Notes under the pieces: generated by a model
Databases searched by the model: none
What the model saw: only the letters and a program-made list of their open reading frames with translations
What the model was told of the DNA's origin: nothing
Part shown: in pieces, positions 22,158 to 31,331 of the stretch
Numbering within the stretch: position 1 is the first letter of the stretch
Layout: every line of letters begins with the position of its first letter
Source of the DNA: Clostridia bacterium
GTDB lineage: Bacteria; Bacillota; Clostridia; Oscillospirales; CAG-272
Reading direction: 5' to 3'
Length of the DNA: 37,642 bases
Assembly: GCA_017451975.1 (NCBI GenBank)
Contig: JAFTNI010000218.1
Location: forward strand, 1-37,642
Translations under genes and position numbers: made by a program

Positions 22158-24086
22158 ATGGATCTCAAAAATGCGATTAAGGGCAATTACCGAAGAGTCT
22201 TGCTTTTTCTTTTCGATATATTCTGCCTTTTTGCCATAAACGTTGCTTATTATATCGCTACCCGTCACTTCAATATGCAAGAGGGTATTGATATTCACGA
22301 GTTCAGATTATTCTTCTATAACGCGGCTGTGCTTTTCATTGCAAGCATAGTTTTCAGGGTTACCTGGGGCGTATATAATTACGTTTGGCGCTATACAAGC
22401 ACGGGCGCATACCTTCGCCTTGTGCTGGCAGATACCTGCGCGGGCATGGTTGCCGTTACGGTTTCTTATATAAGCGGCCGCCACATCGGTATATGGTTCT
22501 TCGTAACCATTGCTTCGCTCGGTTCACTTATGGCGCTTTCGGCGCGATTCGTTTACCGCTTGCTTTATAAGAGAAAATATAACCTTCGCGTTCAGTACGA
22601 GCAGCAGACAAACACAGCTATCGTAGGCGCGGGTCAGCTCGGTGCATACCTTGTAAACGACCTTCACTCCAACCCGCACTCTATGTACCGCCCCGTGCTT
22701 TTCTTCGATAACGACCCCTCGAAAATAGGCGGTAAGATTGCTAACCTCCACGTTTACGCAGAGGATAAGGCAGAGGTTGTACTCAGAAAATACGACATTT
22801 CCAACGTTATCATAGCCATAGTAGACAACGACATTGAAGAGCTTAAAAGAATTCATACATTCTATACGGGCCTTGGCTGCAAGGTAAAGCTTTACGATTC
22901 ACCCGTGCAGGACGAAACAGACGACGAAAGCCAGAAAACACACGTTATCCGTGAATTTGAAATTGAAGACTTGCTTTTCAGAAAGCCCCTTGCCATAAAC
23001 GGCCAGAGAGAATTCGATTTCTACTCTGAAAAAACCGTTCTCGTTACGGGCGGCGGCGGCTCTATAGGCAGCGAGCTTTGCCGTCAGATAGCAAAGTGCA
23101 AGCCCAAAAAGCTTATTATTCTCGATATATACGAAAATAACGCGTACGATATTCAGCAGGAGCTTATACGCAAATACGGCGATACGCTTGACCTCTCGGT
23201 TGAAATCGCCTCTGTGCGCGACAGAAAACGCCTTGAAGCAGTTTTCGCAAACTACCGCCCCAACCTCGTTTTCCACGCCGCGGCGCATAAGCACGTGCCC
23301 CTTATGGAGCACAGCGGCTGCGAAGCCATTAAAAATAACGTTCTCGGCACTTACAATACTGCCGATATGGCGGAGAAATACGGTGTTGAAAAATTTGTTC
23401 TTATTTCTACGGATAAGGCGGTTAACCCCACAAACGTAATGGGCGCTTCCAAGCGTATGTGCGAAATGGTTGTACAGTGCCGTACAGACAGCAAAACAAC
23501 GTTTGCGGCGGTTCGCTTCGGCAACGTGCTCGGTTCAAACGGAAGCGTTATCCCGCTTTTCAAACGCCAGATAGCGCAGGGAGGCCCGATAACGATAACC
23601 GACTTCAGAATTATCCGCTACTTTATGACAATTCCGGAAGCCAGCCAGCTTGTTATGCAGGCGGGCGCTATGGCGAAGCGCGGCGAGCTTTTCGTGCTTG
23701 ACATGGGCAAGCCGATAAAGATTTACGACCTCGCCGTTAACATGATAAGACTTTCGGGCTTCTTGCCTAACCGCGATATAGAAATCAAGGAAATAGGTCT
23801 TCGCCCCGGCGAAAAGCTTTACGAAGAGCTTCTTATCAAAACGGAAGAGCTTACGAAAACCGATAACAATATGATTTTCATTGAAAAGGATTCTCCGCTT
23901 ACGAGAGATGAGGTCGATGCAAAGATAGCCGTTCTTCAGGCGGCGGTTACGGCGGCAGAAAACGAGCTTGGCTCCGAAAAAGTAAAGGAAGCCATAAAGC
24001 AGGTTGTGCCCACCTTCCACGACCCCGAAGAGCTTAACGAAAAAGCTGCAAAGACAAAAGAAATGAAAGAAGCAAATAAGAAATAA
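22158..24086 (+). CDS. capD: membrane-anchored polysaccharide biosynthesis nucleotide-sugar 4,6-dehydratase (CapD/PglF/WbpM family)
   Basis: N-terminal TM helices, then two Rossmann regions (IVGAGQLG and VLVTGGGGSIGSEL), then STDKAVNPTNVMGASKR. Confidence 0.85.
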   Translation: MDLKNAIKGNYRRVLLFLFDIFCLFAINVAYYIATRHFNMQEGIDIHEFRLFFYNAAVLFIASIVFRVTWGVYNYVWRYTSTGAYLRLVLADTCAGMVAVTVSYISGRHIGIWFFVTIASLGSLMALSARFVYRLLYKRKYNLRVQYEQQTNTAIVGAGQLGAYLVNDLHSNPHSMYRPVLFFDNDPSKIGGKIANLHVYAEDKAEVVLRKYDISNVIIAIVDNDIEELKRIHTFYTGLGCKVKLYDSPVQDETDDESQKTHVIREFEIEDLLFRKPLAINGQREFDFYSEKTVLVTGGGGSIGSELCRQIAKCKPKKLIILDIYENNAYDIQQELIRKYGDTLDLSVEIASVRDRKRLEAVFANYRPNLVFHAAAHKHVPLMEHSGCEAIKNNVLGTYNTADMAEKYGVEKFVLISTDKAVNPTNVMGASKRMCEMVVQCRTDSKTTFAAVRFGNVLGSNGSVIPLFKRQIAQGGPITITDFRIIRYFMTIPEASQLVMQAGAMAKRGELFVLDMGKPIKIYDLAVNMIRLSGFLPNRDIEIKEIGLRPGEKLYEELLIKTEELTKTDNNMIFIEKDSPLTRDEVDAKIAVLQAAVTAAENELGSEKVKEAIKQVVPTFHDPEELNEKAAKTKEMKEANKK

Positions 24087-24090
24087 TTGA

Positions 24091-24119
24091 AAAACCGCTT
24101 GTGAAAACAAGCGGTTTTT
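24091..24119 (+). terminator. Rho-independent terminator
   Basis: aaaaccgcttgt-gaaa-acaagcggtttt. Confidence 0.8.
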
Positions 24120-24161
24120 CAAACTTTTTCCGGAAAGTGTGAAAAAATAATATGAAATCCC

Positions 24162-24190
24162 TCGACAAAATTATAAATATATGATATACT
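24162..24190 (+). promoter_or_regulatory. candidate extended -10 promoter
   Basis: TCGACA, 17-nt spacer ending in TGa, then TATACT. Confidence 0.5.
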
Positions 24191-24220
24191 GTACTTACGA
24201 AATATGAGAGGTATAAAAAA

Positions 24221-24676
24221 ATGAATAAACTTAATATGTTGTTTTTAAATGAATATACAAACGTCGAAGAGCTTTGCAATGCAAAATTCGGCGTTGAGGG
24301 CGGCGGTGTTAATATGTATCTCGGCACTATGGTCTCCGCTTCCGAAACGAAAGAAAAAATAGGCAAATGGGAAGAAGATTACCACACGCTTTCCAAATGT
24401 ATGCATATCTATAACGTGCTTGCGCTCAGCGGCAATAAAACCCGCAAGCCCCAGTGCACGAAGCAGGATATTGCATGGCTTAAAAAGTTTGCACAGCGCT
24501 TTGAAAACCAAAAGGACTCGCTCACACGCCTTGAAAAGCGCGAGGCTTCCAAAGCTAAATTCGATGAAAAAATGGCGAAGGTTAAACCCGTGGCAAGAAA
24601 CCTTGCGATTGCTTGCGGTGTGGCTTTGGCTATAAACGCGCTCCTTGAAGCGAGAAAAGACTCTGAAGAAAAATAA
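24221..24676 (+). CDS. uncharacterised tail-anchored protein, paralog A
   Basis: 151 aa. Shares MNK.N.LFL.EY, EDYH.LSKC.HI and QCTKQD.AW.KKF.QR with the convergent gene at 24713..25246. C-terminal hydrophobic helix LAIACGVALAINALL. Confidence 0.6.
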   Translation: MNKLNMLFLNEYTNVEELCNAKFGVEGGGVNMYLGTMVSASETKEKIGKWEEDYHTLSKCMHIYNVLALSGNKTRKPQCTKQDIAWLKKFAQRFENQKDSLTRLEKREASKAKFDEKMAKVKPVARNLAIACGVALAINALLEARKDSEEK

Positions 24677-24685
24677 AATGAACAA

Positions 24686-24709
24686 AAATGCCCGCTTTTG
24701 CGGGCATTT
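24686..24709. terminator. bidirectional terminator between convergent paralogs
   Basis: aaatgcccgc-tttt-gcgggcattt. Confidence 0.8.
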
Positions 24710-24712
24710 GAA

Positions 24713-25246
24713 TTATTCTTCTTCCTGTTCTGCGGGTTCGGCCTTTTTCTTTTTTGCCTTCTTTTCTTTTTTCTTTTTGCCAGCTTTCACTTGCTCTTCT
24801 ATCTTTTTTTTGTTTTTGCTGTCTGCAACGGCGAGAAGAAGGATAACGAGCACAACAAAGCAGGTTGCGGCTTTTTCTATATAAGGCTCGAGCATTTTTT
24901 TCTTTTCTTCCGTAAGGCGGAGCTTTTCGTGGTATTTTTTCAGCTCGAGAATAGGGTCTTCACCCTTTTCAATGCGCTGGCGGAATTTCTTTATCCAGGC
25001 AAGGTCTTGCTTCGTGCACTGTGCTTTTTTGCTCATATCCTCGTTGCCGAGCAGACCTTCTATATGGAGGCATTTCGAAAGCGCATGGTAATCTTCAACC
25101 CATGCGTCCACGTTTTTTTTCGGGCCTTCGGAAAGCTCCATCTCCTTTACGTATTCCGCAACACCCTCGCTCATATCGAGGCTTTCACGGCACATATCGT
25201 CAAGCTTTTTATATTCATCTAAAAAAAGTAAGTTATTCTTATTCAT
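24713..25246 (-). CDS. uncharacterised tail-anchored protein, paralog B, with poly-Lys C-terminal tail
   Basis: 177 aa with the same conserved blocks as paralog A. TM helix ATCFVVLVILLLAVA followed by KKKKEKKAKKKK. GAGAGGTG RBS. Confidence 0.6.
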   Translation of the reverse strand: MNKNNLLFLDEYKKLDDMCRESLDMSEGVAEYVKEMELSEGPKKNVDAWVEDYHALSKCLHIEGLLGNEDMSKKAQCTKQDLAWIKKFRQRIEKGEDPILELKKYHEKLRLTEEKKKMLEPYIEKAATCFVVLVILLLAVADSKNKKKIEEQVKAGKKKKEKKAKKKKAEPAEQEEE

Positions 25247-25357
25247 TTTTCGTTCACCTCTCGTGTATTACAAATATATTCTATCATATAGTTTTCAAAA
25301 AATCCACACTATTTTTATAATTTATATAAATTTTTAATAAAAAAGAGGGTGTATCTT

Positions 25358-26446
25358 ATGTTTGGGCTGAAAAGACCTTATATTATTTGCCATATGACAC
25401 AGTCGATAGACGGTAAGGTGACGGGCGAGTTTCTCGGTGCGCCTGAAAGCGCGGCCGCTACGGAGCTTTACTATGAAATAAACCGCGAATATAAGGCAGA
25501 CGCATTTGCCTGCGGCAGAGTGACTATGGAGGGCAGCTTCACGGGCGGTTATTACCCCGACCTTGCGGAATACAACGGAGCAGATGTGCCGAAGGGCGAT
25601 TTCGTTGCACCGTATAAAAATAAATTTTTCGCCGTTTCGTTTGACCGCCGCGGGCGGCTCGGCTGGCAAACGGCGGAAATTGAAGATGAAGACCCGGGCT
25701 ACGGCGGCGCGCACATAATAGAGGTGCTTTGCGAGGGGGCAGACGCCCGTTACCTTGCATATTTGCGCGAAACGGGCGTTTCCTATATTTTTGCGGGCAA
25801 GGATGAGATGGATTTGCCCACGGCGCTGGAAAAGCTTTATACGCTTTTCGGCATAGAGCGCCTGCTTCTAGAGGGCGGAAGTATTATAAACGGCGCGTTT
25901 TTGCGCGCTGGCGCGGTAGACGAGCTTAGCCTTGTGGTTGCTTCCGTTTTGGCGGCAGCGGGAGATAAACCGCTTTTTATGGGCAGCGAGCTTGCGGCTT
26001 TTGAGCTTTCGGGGGCGAAAACTCACGAAAACGGCGTGCTTTCGCTTAATTACGTAAGAAAAAAAACGGAGCGCGAAAAGGTTTTGGAGTTTGCCTGCAC
26101 TCTTCCGGGGGCTGTGACTGATATGCCCTTTGAGGACGATTTTGAAACGACTGTTTTCCGCCACGGCGAGGGCGGCAAGTGGTTTGGGCTTCTTATGCGC
26201 GTGGAAAAGAGCCGCCTTGGGCTTGAAGGCGAGGGAAAGGCAGACGTGCTCAACCTTAAATGCGACCCCGAGGAAAGCTTCATTGTGCGCGAAATGTACG
26301 GGGGCATAATTCCCGCATACCACATGAACAAGCGCCACTGGATAAGCGTTATACTCGAAAGCGGTGTGCCGCTTGATTTTACGGAAAGCCTTATTGAAAA
26401 GAGCTATGCCTTGACGGCGAAAAAAAGCAAAACTTTTTCAAAGTGA
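25358..26446 (+). CDS. fusion protein: RibD C-terminal/DHFR-like reductase domain + MmcQ/YjbR domain
   Basis: N-terminal half (ICHMTQSIDGKV...LLLEGGSIINGAFL) resembles RibD_C. C-terminal half (FEDDFETTVFR..GKWFGLLM...LKCDPE...HMNKRHWISV) resembles YjbR. Start at ATG 25358. Confidence 0.65.
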   Translation: MFGLKRPYIICHMTQSIDGKVTGEFLGAPESAAATELYYEINREYKADAFACGRVTMEGSFTGGYYPDLAEYNGADVPKGDFVAPYKNKFFAVSFDRRGRLGWQTAEIEDEDPGYGGAHIIEVLCEGADARYLAYLRETGVSYIFAGKDEMDLPTALEKLYTLFGIERLLLEGGSIINGAFLRAGAVDELSLVVASVLAAAGDKPLFMGSELAAFELSGAKTHENGVLSLNYVRKKTEREKVLEFACTLPGAVTDMPFEDDFETTVFRHGEGGKWFGLLMRVEKSRLGLEGEGKADVLNLKCDPEESFIVREMYGGIIPAYHMNKRHWISVILESGVPLDFTESLIEKSYALTAKKSKTFSK

Positions 26447-26502
26447 TTTACAAAGCAAATATTTTGTGGTACAATTAAGAAAACATTTTTATGAAAGGAT
26501 AA

Positions 26503-26823
26503 ATGGCTATGGCACAGTTTTTTGAAAATATTGTGGCTATGAAGCAGGAAATACTCCTCATGATCGTTATGCTTGCCATCGTGATCATGAGCCTTGTGGC
26601 GTTCATACTCTACGGCGTGGATAAAAACAAGGCACAGCGCGGTGCTTGGCGTATACCGGAAGCGGTGCTTCTCGGCTGGGGCTTCTTCGGCGGCGCTGTC
26701 GGCGCGCTTTGCGGTATGAAGGTTTTCCGCCACAAAACGAAGCATTGGTACTTCTGGGCAGTTAACATTCTCGGTCTTATTCTGCATATTGCTATAATAG
26801 TTGCAATATTCGTATTTCTTTAA
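26503..26823 (+). CDS. DUF1294 membrane protein
   Basis: YGVDKNKAQRGAWRIPEAVLLGWGFFGGAVGALCGMKVFRHKTKH is the DUF1294 core. ATG 26509 is an equally plausible start. Confidence 0.75.
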   Translation: MAMAQFFENIVAMKQEILLMIVMLAIVIMSLVAFILYGVDKNKAQRGAWRIPEAVLLGWGFFGGAVGALCGMKVFRHKTKHWYFWAVNILGLILHIAIIVAIFVFL

Positions 26824-26829
26824 AAAATA

Positions 26830-26864
26830 AAGGCAAAACGCTTTGGCGTTTTGCCTTGTTTTTT
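26830..26864. terminator. bidirectional terminator
   Basis: aaggcaaaacgc-tttg-gcgttttgcctt, flanked by an A-run and a T-run. Confidence 0.8.
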
Positions 26865-26910
26865 ATTATATGGAAACCTGCGCCGCGCGGCAGTGCGCTT
26901 TCGCACACTT

Positions 26911-29238
26911 TTACTGTATCGTTATATGCAGTGTTTCGCCCTTTATTGTAGGGAAGAACATTATATTGCCGTCTACGCTGAATTCGATATTATCGAGCGC
27001 GGCGCGGTTTGCGCCCTTGAATTTGAGCGTGCATATACCGCCCACGGTGGACGTGACGTATATTTCCTTTATGCGCCTGTTTTCCCATTCGCAGTCGATT
27101 ATAAAGCCTCCGCGCGCGCAAAGCCCTTGGAAACGGCCGTTGCGCCAAGCGTCGGGGAGCGCGGGCAAAAGCTCTATAGCGCCCGAATTGCTTTGCAGAA
27201 GCATTTCGCAAACGCCCGCCGTAGCGCCGAAGTTGCCGTCTATCTGGAAGGGCGGGTGTGTGCTCCAAATGTTTGGCAAAACATTGTTCTTTATAAACGT
27301 GCTGTCAAGGCTATAGGCTCTATCCTCGTCGCCCGTGCGCGCCCAAAGGCAAAGCCTGTGCGCTACCGCCCAGCCCGTGGATTTATCGCCGCGCAAATTT
27401 AAGGTGTTCTTTGCGGCATCGAGCCAGTCGGGTGTTTTGCGGTTGATTTTCGTGCCCGGGTAGAGCGCCGAAAGCTGCGAAACGTGGCGGTGGTTGGGCT
27501 CGCCTATTTCACTGTAGTAGTTTTCCTCGCGGTATTCCTTTATGTAGCGCCCAACGCCTATTATAATGGGGTCGAGCAGGGGCAGTGTTTTTTCTATGTC
27601 TTTAAGCAATGGCTCGTCCTTTTCCGTAATATAGAGCGTTTTTGCCGCCAGAAGCGTTTTTTCAAAAACCTCGTATATCATCTGTTGGTCGAAGGAGCAA
27701 CCCTTGGTAACGTAATATTTGCCGTCCTTCAGCTGCTCGGGCGAGGCAGAAAAGCCCACGAGCATTTTGCCATCAACGTTTTCGAGTATTATCAGGAAGA
27801 AGCGGGAAATTTCGCGAAGGTAGGGGTAAGCCACCTCGCGCAGGTATTTTTTATTGCGCGTAAAATCGTAGTGCTGCCAGAAGAGCAGGGCTGTGAGCGC
27901 GCCCGTGCCCGGGCCGGAGTGTGTGTATGCGTGCGGAGTGCTTATGCTGTAGAGCGTGGCGTTTGTGCCTATTATCCAACCGCAAGCCCCCCTGCCGGGG
28001 AACCTTTCGGGGTAGTTTTGCAGCACGTATTTATCTGCATTTTTGCGCGCGAGAGGCATATAAGCCTCTGCGTAATCGTTGTAGACCTCGAAGCAATCGG
28101 CAAGGTTGGCAACGTGCGCGGGCCAATAGTTCATTTGTAAATTTATGTTGTGGTGGTAATCGCAGCCCCATGGGGAGCTATCGTATGCGCACCACGTGCC
28201 CTGAAGGTTGGCGGGGTAGCCGCCGCGGCGCGACGAGGCTATGAGCAAATATCTGCCATACTGAAAAATAAGCTCCTCAAGGTAGCGGCTTTCTTCGCCG
28301 CGCTTATAAAGCTCCAGAAGCTCGTTTGTGGGAATACCGCGGTATTTCCCGCCGAGCGAAAGGCGCACTCTGCCGAAAAGCGAGCTGTAATCTTTAATAT
28401 GGTCTACCTTCAGCGCGTCGTAGCCCTTGGCGCAGGCGGCGTTCAGTGTTTGAAGCACGTCGTCGCCCGGGGGCGGGAAGGGCGCAAGCTTTTTCTTGGC
28501 TTCGCTTTCGGAAAATACGCACTTTTCCATGTGGTAGTTCGTGCCGCAGGTGAAGAAGATTTCTGCGCTTTCCGCGTTTTTGAGCTTTATCGTGCCGTTT
28601 TCGTTGGTTATTTTACCGCCGTATGCCTTTACGCGTATTCTGCCCTCGTATTTTATATTGTAGTAATCTGAAACACCGCGCATTACTATATCCGTGTGAG
28701 TGGAAATGACCTCGCCGCTTCTGCCGCAGCCGTCGCCGTTTGCCACGCAATAATCGCCGCAGAAGGAAATAAGCGGGGAAAGCGAGAAGGAAAGCCTGCC
28801 GCCCTTGCCCGCCGTGAAGCGCATAGCCAGCACGTTATCGGGGTAGCTGAGGAAATATTCGCGCTCGTATTTCACGCCGCCGCATTCGTATGAAACCACG
28901 GAAACAGCAGAGTCGAGCGAAAGCGAGCGCCTGTATTTAATGGGCGATTTATGGCCGAATTCAAAAATAAGGTCGCCGAAAGAGCGTGTGCCGCCGCCCC
29001 CTTGCTTCCAGCTATTGCCGCGTATGGGTGGGTTTGCCACGCTGTTTTCTGTAATTTGTATGCGGTCTGTTTCCGTTCTGCCGAAAAGAGAAGCGCCGAA
29101 ATGGGAGTTGCCAAGCGGCAGCGACCATTTTTCCCAGCCCGCATCGGGCTTATCGTCTATACGCGCGCGGAAAAAATCGGCGTATTCGGGCGCGGGGTGT
29201 GTATACTCCAGATATAACGGTGTGTTCAAATTCATCAT
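26911..29238 (-). CDS. glycoside hydrolase family 95 (alpha-L-fucosidase type)
   Basis: 775 aa with the GH95 hallmarks LPLGNSHFGASLFG, NINLQMNYWPA and FQIDGNFGATAGVCEMLLQS. Confidence 0.8.
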   Translation of the reverse strand: MMNLNTPLYLEYTHPAPEYADFFRARIDDKPDAGWEKWSLPLGNSHFGASLFGRTETDRIQITENSVANPPIRGNSWKQGGGGTRSFGDLIFEFGHKSPIKYRRSLSLDSAVSVVSYECGGVKYEREYFLSYPDNVLAMRFTAGKGGRLSFSLSPLISFCGDYCVANGDGCGRSGEVISTHTDIVMRGVSDYYNIKYEGRIRVKAYGGKITNENGTIKLKNAESAEIFFTCGTNYHMEKCVFSESEAKKKLAPFPPPGDDVLQTLNAACAKGYDALKVDHIKDYSSLFGRVRLSLGGKYRGIPTNELLELYKRGEESRYLEELIFQYGRYLLIASSRRGGYPANLQGTWCAYDSSPWGCDYHHNINLQMNYWPAHVANLADCFEVYNDYAEAYMPLARKNADKYVLQNYPERFPGRGACGWIIGTNATLYSISTPHAYTHSGPGTGALTALLFWQHYDFTRNKKYLREVAYPYLREISRFFLIILENVDGKMLVGFSASPEQLKDGKYYVTKGCSFDQQMIYEVFEKTLLAAKTLYITEKDEPLLKDIEKTLPLLDPIIIGVGRYIKEYREENYYSEIGEPNHRHVSQLSALYPGTKINRKTPDWLDAAKNTLNLRGDKSTGWAVAHRLCLWARTGDEDRAYSLDSTFIKNNVLPNIWSTHPPFQIDGNFGATAGVCEMLLQSNSGAIELLPALPDAWRNGRFQGLCARGGFIIDCEWENRRIKEIYVTSTVGGICTLKFKGANRAALDNIEFSVDGNIMFFPTIKGETLHITIQ

Positions 29239-29260
29239 TCCTTATATTTATATATATTAA

Positions 29261-29289
29261 AGTATACCATAAGATGGGAGCATTTTCAA
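29261..29289 (-). promoter_or_regulatory. candidate promoter of the GH95 gene
   Basis: Minus strand reads TTGAAA, a 17-nt spacer ending in TGg, then TATACT. Confidence 0.55.
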
Positions 29290-29318
29290 CATTTTCACGT
29301 AAATTTATTACGTCGTAT

Positions 29319-30881
29319 TCACGCGGATTTTCTTTTGAAAATAGAGGCAAACCACGCTATATCCTCGCGCGAAAGCGCGCGGAAGATTATAAGAAAGTTT
29401 ACATAGAAAAGCAGCATTATGAAAATACCGCAAACGGTTTCCACGGCAAGGTGCGCAAAGGTAAATGGCAAAGCCTTCAAAAAAAGGTGCGTGGCGGCGC
29501 AAGCGCCTATTATGGAAAGAAGCGGGGAAACCACGGCACGGAAAACGGGGATTTTGACGTTCGTGACTGTTATAAGGCGCGAAAGGCTCAGCACGTCGTT
29601 CACAAGCTCCGTTATAAAAACGCAAACTATGTAGCCGCCTACACCCATTTTCGGCAAGAGAGTATAAACCAGGAAAACGCTTATGGCGGAATCTATAATA
29701 TTGTATTTCATAGATGCAAGCTGTTCGCCAAGCCCTTTCAGCATACCGTCTACGGTTGTATCGAGGTACATAAGCGGCACAAGCACGGCGAAAACGCCGA
29801 TATATTTGCCTGCGTCTGCGCTTTTGTAGACAAGCTCGCCGAGCGAGCCCGAAAACAGAACGAAAGCCCCCGCGCACGCCATGCCGAAAACAAGGCAAAG
29901 CGTTATAGCACGGCGCACGATGTATTTTATGTGCACCGTATCGCGCCTCCCGTACTTTGCCGCAAGCTCGGAAAGCTCGGGAATTATGAGCGAGGCAAAC
30001 GTGGCGGAAACGGCAGAGGGGAAAAGCACCAGCGGCAAAGCCATGCCGTGCACCGTGCCGTAGGAGGCAAGCGCATCTGCCGCGTTCTGCCCCGAACGGC
30101 GCAGGCCGTACGGTATGAGAATATGCTCCACGGTTACAAGGCCGCTGCGCAGGTAGGCACTCGCCGCTATCGGCACGGATATGTGAAGCATACGCGCCGT
30201 CAGCCCGCGCGGCACCGCCTCGCCCTCGCGCACGCGAAGGTGCTTGCGCTTATCGCGAAGGTAGAGGATAAGAAGGTATATAAACGAAAGCCCTTCCGAT
30301 ATGCTTGTGCCAAGCACGAGCGCAAGGCAGGAGCGCTCTACGCTTTCCGTGCCCAAGGCATGAAGAAACGCCACTGTAAAGCCGATTTTCACAAATTGCT
30401 CGAGAATGGAAACTGCGGCGCTTTTGGAAACGCGGCGCACGGCGTTGAAATAGCCGCCGAGTACGTTTGAAAGCGCTATAAACGGCAAGCTTACGGCAAG
30501 CGCACGAAGCGAAATCACTGTGCGCTCATCACCCAACAGGTGTACGCCTATTGGCTCTGCAAAGAAAAAGAGCGCGCACGCAGAAGCCGAGCCGAAAATT
30601 ATGCTGTAGCATACGCATTTTTTCATTGCGGCTATAGCGGCGCCTGCGTTGCCGTGCCCAAGCTCCTCGGAAACAAGGCGTGTTACTGCAAGATTTATGC
30701 CCGAGGTTGCCACCGTAACGGCGAAAACGTATGCGCTCATTATAAGCGAATAAACGCCTATACCCTGCGCGCCCACCGCGCCCGCGGCGTAGGCGTTGAA
30801 GGAAACGGAGATTATCCGCATGAATATGGAAACTCCGCCCAGAATAGCGGCGTTTGCTGCGAAGCGTTTTAATCTGTTCAT
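29319..30881 (-). CDS. MOP-superfamily flippase (SpoVB / polysaccharide biosynthesis protein family)
   Basis: 520 aa, predicted polytopic membrane protein. The N-terminal pattern GGVSIFMRIISVSFNAYAAGAVGAQGIGVYSL is typical of SpoVB/MurJ-like proteins. Confidence 0.7.
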   Translation of the reverse strand: MNRLKRFAANAAILGGVSIFMRIISVSFNAYAAGAVGAQGIGVYSLIMSAYVFAVTVATSGINLAVTRLVSEELGHGNAGAAIAAMKKCVCYSIIFGSASACALFFFAEPIGVHLLGDERTVISLRALAVSLPFIALSNVLGGYFNAVRRVSKSAAVSILEQFVKIGFTVAFLHALGTESVERSCLALVLGTSISEGLSFIYLLILYLRDKRKHLRVREGEAVPRGLTARMLHISVPIAASAYLRSGLVTVEHILIPYGLRRSGQNAADALASYGTVHGMALPLVLFPSAVSATFASLIIPELSELAAKYGRRDTVHIKYIVRRAITLCLVFGMACAGAFVLFSGSLGELVYKSADAGKYIGVFAVLVPLMYLDTTVDGMLKGLGEQLASMKYNIIDSAISVFLVYTLLPKMGVGGYIVCVFITELVNDVLSLSRLITVTNVKIPVFRAVVSPLLSIIGACAATHLFLKALPFTFAHLAVETVCGIFIMLLFYVNFLIIFRALSREDIAWFASIFKRKSA

Positions 30882-30960
30882 TTTTCTCTCCCTTTTGTTT
30901 TTGTAAAAATATATTAAAGAATGGGGAGAAAAATGCCTTTTTGCGGCGCGGCGGGCAAAT

Positions 30961-31179
30961 TTATTTTCCGTGGTATTTGTCTATTTTTTCTACGAGCCTT
31001 CCCAAAGTGGGTATAAATTTTTCGATATCGTCAAACACGAGCGCAAGCAGGCTTTCGTAATGCCCGAAGCTTATGGAATTATATATTTCCGTAAGAAAAA
31101 CCATACGGTTCATCATATGCCACATTTCGTCCTGGCAGGCATTGAGTAAGCTTATGGAATTAAGGCTTTGTTCGTTCAT
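30961..31179 (-). CDS. small hypothetical protein (72 aa), divergent from the tandem-Xre gene
   Basis: AAAGGAGGTG RBS 6 nt before ATG 31179. No recognisable family. Confidence 0.45.
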   Translation of the reverse strand: MNEQSLNSISLLNACQDEMWHMMNRMVFLTEIYNSISFGHYESLLALVFDDIEKFIPTLGRLVEKIDKYHGK

Positions 31180-31288
31180 GGAAACCACCTCCTTTCATAA
31201 ATATGCTTGAATATTTAGTGGATATAATATATTTTATAACCGTTTGCTCACAAAGTCAATATAACCATTTGGTCATATGATATAATCT

Positions 31289-31319
31289 ACTTAATAGACA
31301 AAAATCAATGACTTAATAG
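31289..31319 (+). promoter_or_regulatory. two direct ACTTAATAG repeats between an extended -10 (TGATATAAT, 31278..31286) and the Xre start
   Basis: The exact 9-mer occurs at 31289..31297 and 31311..31319, 22 bp apart. Confidence 0.45.
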
Positions 31320-31331
31320 GGGAGATATTTT

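Noticed and set aside
24645-25222. Plus-strand ORFs of 79 and 174 aa rich in Phe/Leu
   Set aside because: They are antisense to paralog B, which has an RBS and conserved blocks shared with paralog A. Their Phe-rich translation simply mirrors the Lys/Glu-rich sense strand.
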